Shown: positions 11,037-23,826 of the stretch, piece by piece | Layout: each line of letters starts with the position of its first letter | How positions within the stretch are numbered: the first letter of the stretch is position 1 | Origin: Dictyostelium discoideum | Lineage: Eukaryota | DNA: 64,000 nt | NCBI GenBank assembly: GCA_000004695.1 | Contig: CM000151.3 | Span: 8,224,001 to 8,288,000, forward strand | Direction of reading: 5' to 3' | Notes under the pieces: generated by a model | Told to the model about the DNA's origin: nothing | Seen by the model: the letters and a program-made list of their open reading frames with translations, nothing else | Database searches by the model: none | Program-made: the position numbers and the translations under genes

Positions 11037-14000
11037 ATGACAGAAAAGACAGAAATATTATTTTGGAAAGTTTTTAAAAATAAATTTATATTCAACGAGA
11101 TATTTAATAAAGTTCACAACAATCAATGGATTGAATATGATGAACCAAATAAATATAATGTTTACAATAGATGTAAATTTAAATATACCCACTCTTTACA
11201 AATAATGATAAAAAATGATCTACTCCCATTAATTAAAGATAAAATCAAACATGGTGATCATATAGAAATAGATCGTAATTCAATAAAATATCTTTTTTCA
11301 AAATTATCAAAAACACCACCAGTACAACTATATAGTCAAATTGAAATAACTATTTTTAGTATAAATATTAATAATAATAATAATAATAAAAATAAATATA
11401 AAGATGAAGATTATTTAGAAATAATTGAATTATTAATGAAACATAGAAGAGATGAATTTGAAATTACTGATTTAATAAAGATGGCAGTAATTACAAATTC
11501 ACCAGATGTTATTAGATTATTAGTTAATGAACCATATTCAGTTATAATTCATCCAACAATATTTGAATTTGCAATTATAAAATCAAATTTAGCAACAATT
11601 AAAGAACTAATAAATTTAGAATCAATAAATTTTAAAAATTATGGTATTAAATTAATCAATGAAGAATTTAAAAGAAAATCATTATCATTGGCAGCACATA
11701 GAGAAACTCTTAAAACTACAATCACTGAATACATTTTTAATAATCCATCATTATATTCAATACCACCACCATTATCATTAATAAATAATCAAAAAGATGA
11801 TGAAGAAGGAATAAAATATGAATATATTGAATTTGAAGAATTTATAGGGTTAAAATCAAGCAGCTTATTAAAATCATTAATGGAATTTGATATAGTAAAA
11901 GGAAAGTTTAAAAAAAATACAGTGAATTCATTTCTCAAAATGTATCATCCATATGAAAGATTAAAAGTTAATATTCAAATTATACTAAAGTATGGTACTC
12001 CATCATTAGATACAAAAGAAATAAAAGAGATTTTAGATAAAATAGATAATATTGATGAGAAAGATTCAAATCATTTATATAAATTACAAGAATTGGCAGC
12101 ATTACAATTCCCAAACCAAAAAAACTTTTGTTTTTATTATTCAAAGAAGTATGGTAGAAATGATGAAAGTAAAGAACAAGTTAATGTTGGTATTCAAGAG
12201 CAATTAGATACATATTCAGATTGGGAAATTGAAAATGAGGTTGAAGAAGAAGAAGAAGAAAACGTTAATAAACAACGAGAGTATTTCAATAATTTTAATA
12301 AATTTAGAAAAGCAACAGTTTATAATTTATCCGAAAGATATTCATCTGTAACTTCTATTTATTTAAATACAATGAAAGAAGGAGATATTGATACAATGAA
12401 AAAGCTTGATAAAATCAAAATTTATGATGGTGCCTCGGGTCCAGTATTTAGATTAGATGTTTCAAGATTTCATTATTTCCAATTACCAAAAGAAAAAGAA
12501 GTTTTAATGAAAGTTTGGGATTATTTAAATGAACACTCTTTTAAACAGATTGGTAATAATTATGAAATTCTCATGGAATTCTTCTCAAGTGTAACAGATA
12601 TAATATCACCATTAGATTTGAAAATTAGTAATCTTGAAGATTTCATGATGGCGAGATTAAGTTTAATGTTATTTAATTCATTGACTAAAAATAATTTAAA
12701 TGTATTTCAATTATTATTAAATAGTTTTGATAAATTTAATTTTTTAAATGGAGTGGTAGTGGAAATGAACAAACTTTTGAATAAAGAAAAGATTTTATTT
12801 GGTAGTGATGGTAAAATCATACAACTTGATAATAAATATATCAATCAATTAATCAAATCAATTGAAATGGCCGTGGAAAAGTATAATAAATTCATTTCTG
12901 AACCAATAGAGAATGGAGTAGAGTCATTTAGCATCATTTTAAATCATTTATACGATCAATTAATTAGAATTAAAGGTATATCAGTCGATCAATTAGATTA
13001 TATTAGATCAATTATTCCTCAACAATTATTAGCATTCAAATGGGATGTCTATCGTATCTTTTTCTATCTCAATATCAGATCTCGAAAATTAACAAAATAC
13101 ATACTCTCTAGGCCTAGAGTTAGTCTGTTTACTGAAGGCAATCGAAATCATTCTCCTCTCTACAATGTCTATACAAGCGAAGGATCTTATACACTTGATT
13201 TAAGAAAATATTTAAAATTAGATTTATTCACATATGATTATATTTTAGGTAGAGAGAATACAAGTAGTAGTGGTAGTGGTGGTGCTTATGAAAATAATAA
13301 TAATAATAATAACAAGAAGTTTATAAATCAATTCGATACAATATTAAAAGAATTGATTAAACAATTATCACTTGATATTTGTACAGATGTTAGTAATATA
13401 GATGAAATTCTTGATGGTGAAGATTTCTTTATGGTTTCATTTAATAAAGATTTAAAATATAGTTTGGATATTGGTAGAAAAGATTTATTTTGGGAATTAT
13501 TAGATTGGATTCAACAATATATGATTAAAAATGAAAATTTAATGAGGTATCAAGTTTATCAATTCAATTCACCATATGAATCATTATTACCAACTAGTAC
13601 AATATTTTCAAAAGTAAAAATAATAGAATTACCACCACCAACAACAACAACAACAGCCACAGTAAAAGCAAAAGAAACAACAACAACAATTGGAAGTAGA
13701 ATATTAAAAATTGATAATTTTGAAAACCCAATAACAAATGAATCATCAGTTAAAATTGGTTGGAATGAAAATAAATTAATTGAACCATTCAAACCAATGT
13801 CAAAACTTATAAATTCATTTAAATTCCAACGAGAAGTCATACGATCAATTTGTAGAGTAATGAATGTAAATGAAATTCAAAGATTTATACAACACAATTT
13901 CTTTGTATCAAATTTCCATATTTTAATTTATTCATGTGCAGTATATAATAATAGAGATGACATAATGTCATTCCTATTAAATAATTATAATATCAAATTT

Positions 14001-14765
14001 AATACATTTCCAATTTTCTCTGAGGAAGAAAAGAAACATTCACAATATTTAGAATGTAAATTCATCCTTGAAAATCATTTTGAAAAAGTAAAGAATATTT
14101 CAAAATTAAAATTAGAATGGCGTGAAAGAAGAGATTTACAATTCCCATTGGTTTTATTAAATGCTTTTGTTTTTTTCCTTTGTAATCAATTCAATATCTC
14201 AACATATAATAAATTCATTCAAAATGAAGATTTAGAAATTAGAAAACAAGCAATTAAAGAAACAATTAAAACATTAATGGGGGTGCACGATGAAGATGAA
14301 AATGAAACATATAATTTAAATGAGAATTTTGTATCGGTAATAAAAGAAGAAAATCATAAAGTTTTACTCATTAAATCAATTATTGAGCAATCAGATACTC
14401 AACTATACTTTAAATCAGCTTTGGATCAAGTTTTATTGGAAATAATAAAGAAAAGAAAAACTGATGAAATTAATTCTCCATTGATTGAATATTGTGGAAA
14501 TTCATTCTCACAAGCTTTTTTTAATGGTGATATTAAAACTTGTAATCTCATTCTCAAATACTATCCAAATCAATTTAAAATCAATAAAGATTCAATCACT
14601 GAAGCTTTACAATTGCAAAATATTCATATTATTAAATATTATTACAAAGTTGAAAATTGTAAAAATTTAATTAATAATTTTAAAAATGATAATAATTTAT
14701 TAAAACATTTAAAAAATGAATTATCAAAACATCCAATTTATAAATATCATTTAACTTGGTTATAA
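11037..14765 (+). CDS. Tandem-family paralog B (1242 aa)
   Basis: Continuous ORF from ATG 11037 '[29 protein letters not shown]' to '...[12 protein letters not shown]'. Collinear with the other paralogs. It has a T-rich tract '[19 protein letters not shown]'. Confidence 0.7.
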   Translation: [1242 protein letters not shown]

Positions 14766-14842
14766 AACAAAATAAAAAATAATAATAATAAAAATAAATA
14801 AAAAAAACAAATAAATAAAATAATTAAATAAAAATGATAAAT

Positions 14843-14881
<39 letters not shown>

Positions 14882-15429
14882 GTAATGGTTCCATTCATAT
14901 CTTTTATATTTTATATCATTTTTAATCTCATGCAAAATCCAAATTAAAAATAAATAAAATTAAATGAATGTTAAAAAAAAAAAAAAAAAAAATGAAAAAT
15001 AACACAACAAATTCAAAAAGTGGGATTTTGTTAAAAGTAAGAATTTTTTTTTATGGCATAAAAAGGATTTGCCAGTGTTTTAGACAATTAAAACCAGTTT
15101 CTACCAAAAAAAAAATTAAAAATAAATATTAAAACTTTGTTTGTAAATTGTGGTATTTTGTTAAAATAAAAAAATTCCCACCAATATTTTTTTTTTTTTT
15201 TTTTTTTTGAAAAAAGATTTTTGCACAATTTTGATTTAACATTATTAAATATTTAATAAAATTGAATATTATTGGATTGGTCTCCTTAATTTTTCTTTTT
15301 TTTTTTTTATTTTTTCTAATTTCTTTCCAAAAAAAAAAAAAAAAAAAAAAAATTAAAAAAAAATTGAAAAACATTTTTCATGTTCATTTCTGTTGTAAAA
15401 TTAAAATAAATAAATAAAAAAAACAAAGA

Positions 15430-15758
15430 ATGACGGAAGAGATAGAAATATTATTTTGGAAAGTTTTTAAAAATAAATTTATATTCAACGAGATACTCAA
15501 TCAAGTTCACAACAATCGATGGATTGAATATGATGAACCATATAATTATAATGTTTACAATAGATGTAAATTTAAATATACATACTCTTTACAAATAATG
15601 ATAAGAAATGGTCTACTCCCTTTAATTAAAGATAAAATCAAACATGGTGATCATATAGAAATAGATCATAATTCAATAAAAATTCTTTTTTTAAAATTAT
15701 CAAAAACACAACCAATACAACCATATAATCAAAAAGAAATAACTCTTTTTAATATATC

Positions 15759-15818
<60 letters not shown>

Positions 15819-18168
15819 TAAAGATGAAGATTATTTAGAAATTATTGAATTATTTATGAAACATAGAAGAGATCAATTTGAAATTACTGATTTAATAAAG
15901 ATGGCAGTAATTACAAATTCTCCAGATGTTATTAGATTATTAGTTAATGAACCATATTCAGTTATAATTTATCCAACAGCATTTAAATTTGCAATTATAA
16001 AATCAAATTTAGAAACAATTAAAGAACTAATAAATTTAGAATCAATAAATTTTAAAAATTATGGTATTAAATTAATCAGTGAAAAATTTAAAAGAAAATC
16101 ATTATCATTAGCAGCACACAGAAAAACTCTTAAAACTTCAATCACTGAATACATTTTTAATAATCCATCATTATATTCAATACCACCACCATTATCATTA
16201 ATAAATAATCAAAAACAACAAACACAATCAAAAAATAAAAGATTAAAACTATCTGAAATTTTACTTTCAAATTTTAATAACAAAAACGATAATACTACTA
16301 GTGAAGAAGATGAAAATGATGGTGTAGAAGATGAAGATGTTCAAGAAAATGAAGACGATGGTGCCGAAGATGAAGGTGATGAAGATGAAGGTGAAGATGA
16401 TGGTGATGAAGATGATGAAGAAGAAGATGATGATGATGAAGATGAAGATGAAGATGATGATGATGATGATGATGATGATGAAGATGAAGATGATGAAGAA
16501 GATGAAGATGATGAAGAAGAAGATGATGATGAAGATGAAGAAGATGAAGAAGGTCATGACAAAAAAATAAAGTATGAATATATTAAATTTGAAGAATTTA
16601 TAAAATTAAAATCAAGCATTTTATTAAAATCATTTATGGAATTAGATATAGTAAAAGGAGAGTTTAAAAATAATAATGTGAATTCATTTCTCAAAATGTA
16701 TCATCCATATGAAAGATTAAAAGTTAATATTCAAATTATACTAAAGTATGGAACTCCATCATTAGATACAAAAGAAACAAAAGAGATTTTAGATAAAATA
16801 GATAATATTGATCAAAAAGATTCAAATCATTTATTAAAATTACAAGAATTTGCAGCATTACATTTCCCAAATCAAAAAAACTTTTATTTTTATTATTCAA
16901 AGAAGTATGGTGGAAAAATTAAACAACTTGGTAAAGTACCACCAAAAACTCCTCCTCAAGGCTCAGGTTCTGGAATTCTACAATACCATCATTTTTACAA
17001 AAATGAAAGTAGTTTTAATAATCAAGATGAAAGTGAACAAGATGAAGAAAAAGAAGAAGAAGTTGATGTTGGTATTCAAGAGGAATTCGAAATATATTCA
17101 GATTTGGAAATTGAAAATGAAGTTGAAGAAGAAGTAAACGTTAATAAACAACGAGAGTTTTTTAATAATTTTAATAAATTTAGAAAAGCAACAGTTTATA
17201 ATTTATCAGAAAGATATTCATCTGTAACTTCAATTTATTTAAATGCAATGAAAGAAGGAGATATTGATACAATGGAAAGATTAGATAAAAGTTGGAATCC
17301 AGTAATTAGATTAGATGTTTCAAGATTTCATTATTTCCAATTACCAAAAGAAAAAGAAGTTTTAATGAAAGTTTGGGATTATTTAAATGAACACTCTTTT
17401 AAACAGATTGGTAATAATTATGAAATTCTCATGGAATTCTTCTCAAGTGTAACAGATGTAATATCACCATTAGATTTGAAAATTAGTAATCTTGAAGATT
17501 TCATTATGAAGAGATTAGGTTTAATATTATTTAATACATTAATTATAAATAATTTAAATGTATTTCAATTATTATTAAATAGTTTTGACAACTTCAATTT
17601 TTTAAGTGAATTAGTAGTGGAAGTGAACAATCTTTTAAATAAAGAAAAGATTTTATTTGGTAGTGGTGGTAAAATCATGCAAATTGATAATAAATATATC
17701 AATCAATTAATCAAATCAATTGAAATGGCCGTGGAAAAGTATAATAAATTCATTTCTGAACCAATAGAGAATGGAGTAGAATCATTTAGCATCATTTTAA
17801 ATCATTTATACGATCAATTAATTAGAATTAAAGGTATATCAGTCGATCAATTAGATTATATTAGATCAATTATTCCTGAACAATTATTAGCATTCAAATG
17901 TGAACTCTATCGTACCTTTTTCTATCTCAATATCAGATCTCGAAAATTAACAAAATACATACTCACTAGGCCTAGAATTAGTCTGTATACTGAAGGCACT
18001 CCAAATCATTACGCAAATCATTCTGGTCTCTACAATATCCATTCAAATCTAGGACCTTCTGCATTAGATTTAAGAAAATATTTAAAATTAGATATATTCA
18101 CATATGATTATATTTTAGGTAGAGAGAATTCAAGTAGTAGTGGTAGTGGTGCTGATGACAATAATAAT

Positions 18169-18200
<32 letters not shown>

Positions 18201-19617
18201 CAGGAAGTTTATAAATCAATTCGATACAATATTAAAAGAATTAATTAAACAATTATCATTTGATATTTGTACAAACGTTAGTAACAGAGATAGTATTGTT
18301 GATGGTAAAGATTTCTTTAATTATTCATTAAATGCAGATTTAAGATTTAGTTTAGATATTGGTAGAAAAGATTTATTTTGGGAATTATTAGATTGGATTG
18401 AACAATATATGATTAAAAATGAAAATTTAATGAAGTATCAAGTTTATCAATTCAATTCACCATATGAATCATTATTACCAACTGGTGCAATATTTTTAAA
18501 TGTAAAAATAATAAAATTACCATCACCAAAAACAAAAACAACAAAAACAATTGAAAGTAGAATATTAAAAATTGATAATTTTGAAAAACCAATACCAAAT
18601 GAATCATCAGTTAAAATTGGTTGGAATACAGATAAATTAATTAAACCATTCAAACCAATTTCAAAACTTATAAATTCATTTAAATTCCAACAGGATGTCA
18701 TAGAATCAATTTGTAAAGTAATGAATGTAAATGAAATTCAAAGATTTATACAACACAATTTTTTTGTATCAAATTTCCAACTTTTAATATACACATATGC
18801 AGCATATAATAATAGAGATGATATAATGTCATTCCTATTAAATAATTATAATATCAAATTCAATGCATTTCCAACTTTCTCTGAAGTAAATAAGAATTAT
18901 TCACAATATTTAGAATGTAAATTCATCTATGAAAATCATTTTGAAAAAGTAAAGAATATTTCAAAATTAAAATTAGATTGGCTTGAAAAAAGATATTTTG
19001 AATTTCCATTGGTTTTATTAAATTCTTTTGTTGTATACCTTTGTGATCAAGATAATATCTCAGACTATAATCAATTCATTCAAAATAATAGTTTACAAAT
19101 TAGAAATAAAGTAATGAAAAAAACAATTATTATATTAATGGAGATACTTTATAATGATGAAGATGAAGATTATAATTTAGATAAGAGTTTTGCATCGTTA
19201 ATAAAATATGAAAATCATAAAGTTTCACTCATTAAATCAATTATTGAACAATCAGATACTCAATTATACTTTAAATCAGCTTTGGTTCAATCTTTATTAG
19301 AATTAAAAGAGAGAAGAAAAATTAGAACTCGATCCATTGATTATGATGAAAATCCATTCATACATGCTTTTATTAATGGTGATATTAAAACTTGTAATCT
19401 CATTCTTAAATATTATCCAAATCAATTCAAAATCACTAAAAATTTAATTAGTGATACTTTACGAATGAAAAATATTCATATTATTAAATATTATTATAAA
19501 GTTGGAAATTGTAAAAATTTAATTAATAATTTTAAAAATGATAATAATTTATTAAAACATTTAAAAAAATTATTATCAAAACATCCAATTTATAAATATC
19601 ATTTAACTTGGTTATAA
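15430..19617 (+). CDS. Tandem-family paralog C (1395 aa) carrying a ~100-residue pure D/E acidic expansion
   Basis: Continuous ORF. 16290-16560 encodes an almost uninterrupted Asp/Glu tract ('EEDENDGVEDEDVQENEDDGAEDEGDEDEGEDDGDEDDEEEDDDDEDEDEDDDDDDDDDEDEDDEEDEDDEEEDDDEDEEDEEGHD') at the position where other paralogs have only a few acidic residues. The termini are as in the family. Confidence 0.7.
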
Positions 19618-19810
19618 AATAGAAAAATAATAAAAAAAATAAAAATAAAAATAAAAATAAATAAAAATTAATAAATAACAATAAATTAAAATAAATAAAA
19701 AAATAAAAAAAGATATTAAATTTTTAATCTTTTTTTTTTTTTAAATAACCTTATCCAAAAACAAAAAAAATAATTTAATTAAATTAAAAAATAAAAAACT
19801 GACTGACATC

Positions 19811-20666
19811 CAACTTGTAAATTAATTTACATCTATTGTAAACATTATATTTATTTGGAAACACTCACTCTTTACAAATAATGATAAAAAATGATCTACT
19901 CCCATTAATTAAAGATAAAATCAAACATAATGATCACATAGAAATTGATCATTTTTCCATTAAAGATCTTTTTTTAAAATTATCAAAAAAACAACCACCA
20001 CAAGAAGAAACTTTAATAGAAAATAATAATAATATTAATAATAATAATAAAAATAAATATAAAGATGAAGACTATTTAGAAATTATTGAATTATTAATGA
20101 AATATAGAAGAGATGAATTTGAAATTACTGATTTAATTGTGATGGCTAAATTATAATTGAATATGGTTCATTAACTAATAATTATTAGTTAATGAACCAT
20201 ATTCAATTATAATTTATCCAACAACATTTGAATTTGCAATTAAATGTTTAAATTTAGAAACAATTAAAGAACTAGTAAATTTAGAATCAATAAATTTTAA
20301 AAATTATGGTATTAAATTAATTAGTGAAGAATTTAAAAGAAAATCAGCACGTAGAAAAACTCCTAAAACTACAATCGCTGAATACATTTTTAGTAATCCA
20401 TCATTATATTCAATACCACCATTGTCATTAATAAATAATCAAAAACAACAAGAGCCGTCAACAAATAAAAAACTAAAATTATCTGAATCGAATTTAAATA
20501 AAAAGAACAATATTAATAACAGTGATAATAGTGATAATAGTGACGAAGGAAGTGAAAATGATGAGGAAGATTATGAAAATGAAAATGATATTGATAGTGA
20601 TAATTGTGATAATAATGAAGGATGTGAAAATGATGAAGAAGATGAAGAAAACGAAGATATTGATAC

Positions 20667-20754
<88 letters not shown>

Positions 20755-21729
20755 AAACAACAACAAAAACAACAAATACAACTACTACAAGTAAAAAATG
20801 TTAATAAACGACGAGAATTTCTTAATGGTTTTGATATACCATTAACTTTTAATGATTCATCCAGTTCACTAAAAACCTTACTTTATTTAAGTGCAATGAG
20901 AGAAGGAGATGTTGATAAAATCAAAATGTATGATGGTGCTTTTAGTGCAAGATTTAGATTGGATGTTTCAGGATTTCATTATTTCAAACTACCAAAAGAA
21001 AAAGAAGTTTTAATGAAAGTTTGGAATTATTTTAATGAACACTCTTTTAAACAGATTGGTAATAATTATGAAATTCTCATAAAATTCTTCTCAAGTGTAA
21101 CAGATGTAATACCACCTTTAGATTTGAAAATTAGTAAACTTCAAGATTTCATGATGGGGGGATTAAGTTTAATGTTATTTAAATCATTACTTAAAAATAA
21201 TTTAAATGTATTTCAATTATTATTTAATAGTTTTGATAACTTTAATTTTGGAACTGGAGAACTAGGTCAAATGAGAGATTTTATTAATAGAGAAAATGTT
21301 TTATGTTGTAAACTGAAGGAACTTGATAATAACTATATCAACAAATCAATCAAATCAATTGAAATGGTTGTGGAAAAGTTTAAAAAACCCATTGATAAAC
21401 CAATAAAGGATCGAGTGGAATCATATAGCATCATTATAAATTATTTATATGATCAGTTAATTAGATTTAAAGGTATATCAGTCGATCAATTAGAATATAT
21501 TAGATCAATTATTCCTCAACAATTATTTACATTTAAATTGGATGTCTATCGTATCTTTTTCCATCTCAATATCAGATCTCCAAAATTATCAAAATACATA
21601 CTCTCTGGGCCTAAAATTAAAATGTTTAATCAAAGACGTCGAAATGATTCTGCTTTCTACAATTATTTAAAACAATATTTAAATTTATATTTATTCACAT
21701 ATGATTATATTTTGGGTAGAGATAATGCA

Positions 21730-21764
<35 letters not shown>

Positions 21765-22908
21765 GTACATAACTCAATTCGATACAATATTAAAAGAATT
21801 AATTAAACAATTATCACATGATATTTGTACAAACCTTAGTAATAGAGATGAGATTGTTGATGGTAAAGATAGAGATTTCTTTAAGCATTCATTAAATGCA
21901 GATTTAAAATTCAGTTTAGATATTGGTAGAAAAGATTTATTTTGGGAATTATTAGATTGGATTGAACAATATATGAATAAAAATGAAATTTTAATGAAGC
22001 ATCAAGTTTATCAATTCAATTCACCATATGAATCATTATTACCAACTGGCATAATATTTTCAAATTTAAAAATAATAGAATTACCACCACCAAAAACAAC
22101 AGTAACAACAGTAACGACATCAACAATTGAAAGTAGAATTTTAAAAATTGATAATTTTGAAAAACCAATACCAAATGAATCATCAGTTAAAATTAATTGG
22201 AATTCAGATAAATTAATTGAACCATTTAAACCAATTTCAAAACCTATAAATTCATTTAACTTCCAACAAGATGTCATACAGTCAATTTGTAGAGTAATGA
22301 ATGTAAATGAAATTCAAAGATTTATACAACACAATTTCTTTGTATCAAATTTCCACATTTTAATTTATTCAAGTGCATTATATAATAATAGAGATGATAT
22401 AATGTCATTCCTATTAAATAATTATAATATCAAACTCAATGGATTTCCAACTTTCTCCAAGGCAGACAATCAACATTCACAATATTTAGAATGTAAATCC
22501 ATCTTTGAAAATCATTTTGAAAAAGTAAAGAATATTTCAAAATTAAAATTAGAATGGTGTGAAAGTAGAGATTTACAATTCCCATTGGTTTTATTAAATG
22601 CTTTTGTTGTATACCTTTGTAACGATCGTAATTTCTCAACCTATAGTGAATTCATTCAAAATGATAATTTAGAAATTAGAAATAAAGCAATTAAAGAAAT
22701 AATTAAAATATTAAAGTATCACTATGAAGATGATGAGGAAGAATATAATTTAGATGAGAATTTTGCATCTATAATAAAAAATCAAAATCATAAAGTTTCA
22801 ATCATTCAACCAATTATTGAACAACCAGATACTCAATTATACTTTAAATCAGTTTTAGATCATGTTACATTAAAAATAAAAAAGGAAAGAAAAATCTGTG
22901 GCGCTTAA
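19811..22908 (+). pseudogene. Rearranged/decayed tandem-family copy: 5' end inverted, internal palindromic duplication, frameshift, and loss of the conserved C-terminal ~70 codons
   Basis: 19811-19858 is the reverse complement of family codons ('ccaaataaatataatgtttacaatagatgtaaatt'), followed directly by forward-oriented sequence. ORF 19881-20156 ends in a stop. A perfect 38-nt palindrome lies at 20163-20200 ('atggttcattaactaataattattagttaatgaaccat'). The 828-aa ORF 20422-22908 ends 'KERKICGA*' without the '[11 protein letters not shown]' tail. Remnants of that tail ('gaaaatcatttaactttgttat') lie in the spacer at ~22975 and ~23125. Confidence 0.7.
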
Positions 22909-23272
22909 AAAAATAAAAAAAAAAAAATAAAAAAAAATAAAAAAAAAAATTAACGGAAAGATATTTTTTTATTATGAAAATCATTTAACTTTGTTATATA
23001 AAAATAAATCTTTTTTTTTTTTTAATGATTTGTTTAATTGTTTCTAATATTTACACAGTGGTCATATGGAAATAAAAAAATAAAAAAATAAAAAAATAAA
23101 TTATCAAAATAATCAATTTATGAAAATCATTTAACTTTGTTATAAATAATAAAAAATTATAAAAAAAAAAAATAAAAATAAAAATAAAAAAATAACCTAC
23201 ACTTATTATTAGAAATGATCAATTTTTTTGAAGTCCAAAAAAAGTTTTAAAAACACTGTGTTTTTATCGAAA

Positions 23273-23306
<34 letters not shown>

Positions 23307-23428
23307 TTATTTTTTTTTTTCACTTTTTTTTTTTTTCACTTTTTTTTTTCACTTTTTTTTTTTTTTCATACTTTTTTTTTTTTCGTTCATTCAAAACGGT
23401 GGTTAAGAAAAAACAAAAAATAATAATT

Positions 23429-23747
23429 ATGGAAATTCTAGAAATATTGTTTTGGAAAGTTTTTAAAAATAAATTTATATTCAATGAGATATTAAATCAA
23501 ATTCACAACAATGAATGGGTTGAATATGATGAACCAAATAAATATAATGTTTACAATAGATGTAAATTTGGAAACACTCACTCATTGGAAATAATGATCA
23601 AAAATGATCTACTCCCATTAATTAAAGATAAAGTCAAACATAATGATCATATAAAAATTGATCATTTTTCCATTAAAAATCTTTTTTTAAAATTATCAAA
23701 AAAACAACCACAACAACAAAATAATCAAGAACAAACCATAAACAATG

Positions 23748-23826
<79 letters not shown>

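Noticed and set aside
16267-16570. ORFs encoding poly-(I/F) or poly-(M/K) inside the acidic tract (16267-16557 -, 16331-16570 +), and similar ORFs at 20494-20794, 24681-25031, 28909-29109 and 34379-34603
   Set aside because: These are alternative-frame or antisense readings of (GAW)n / (AAT)n coding microsatellites of the family genes. They are artefacts of repeat periodicity.
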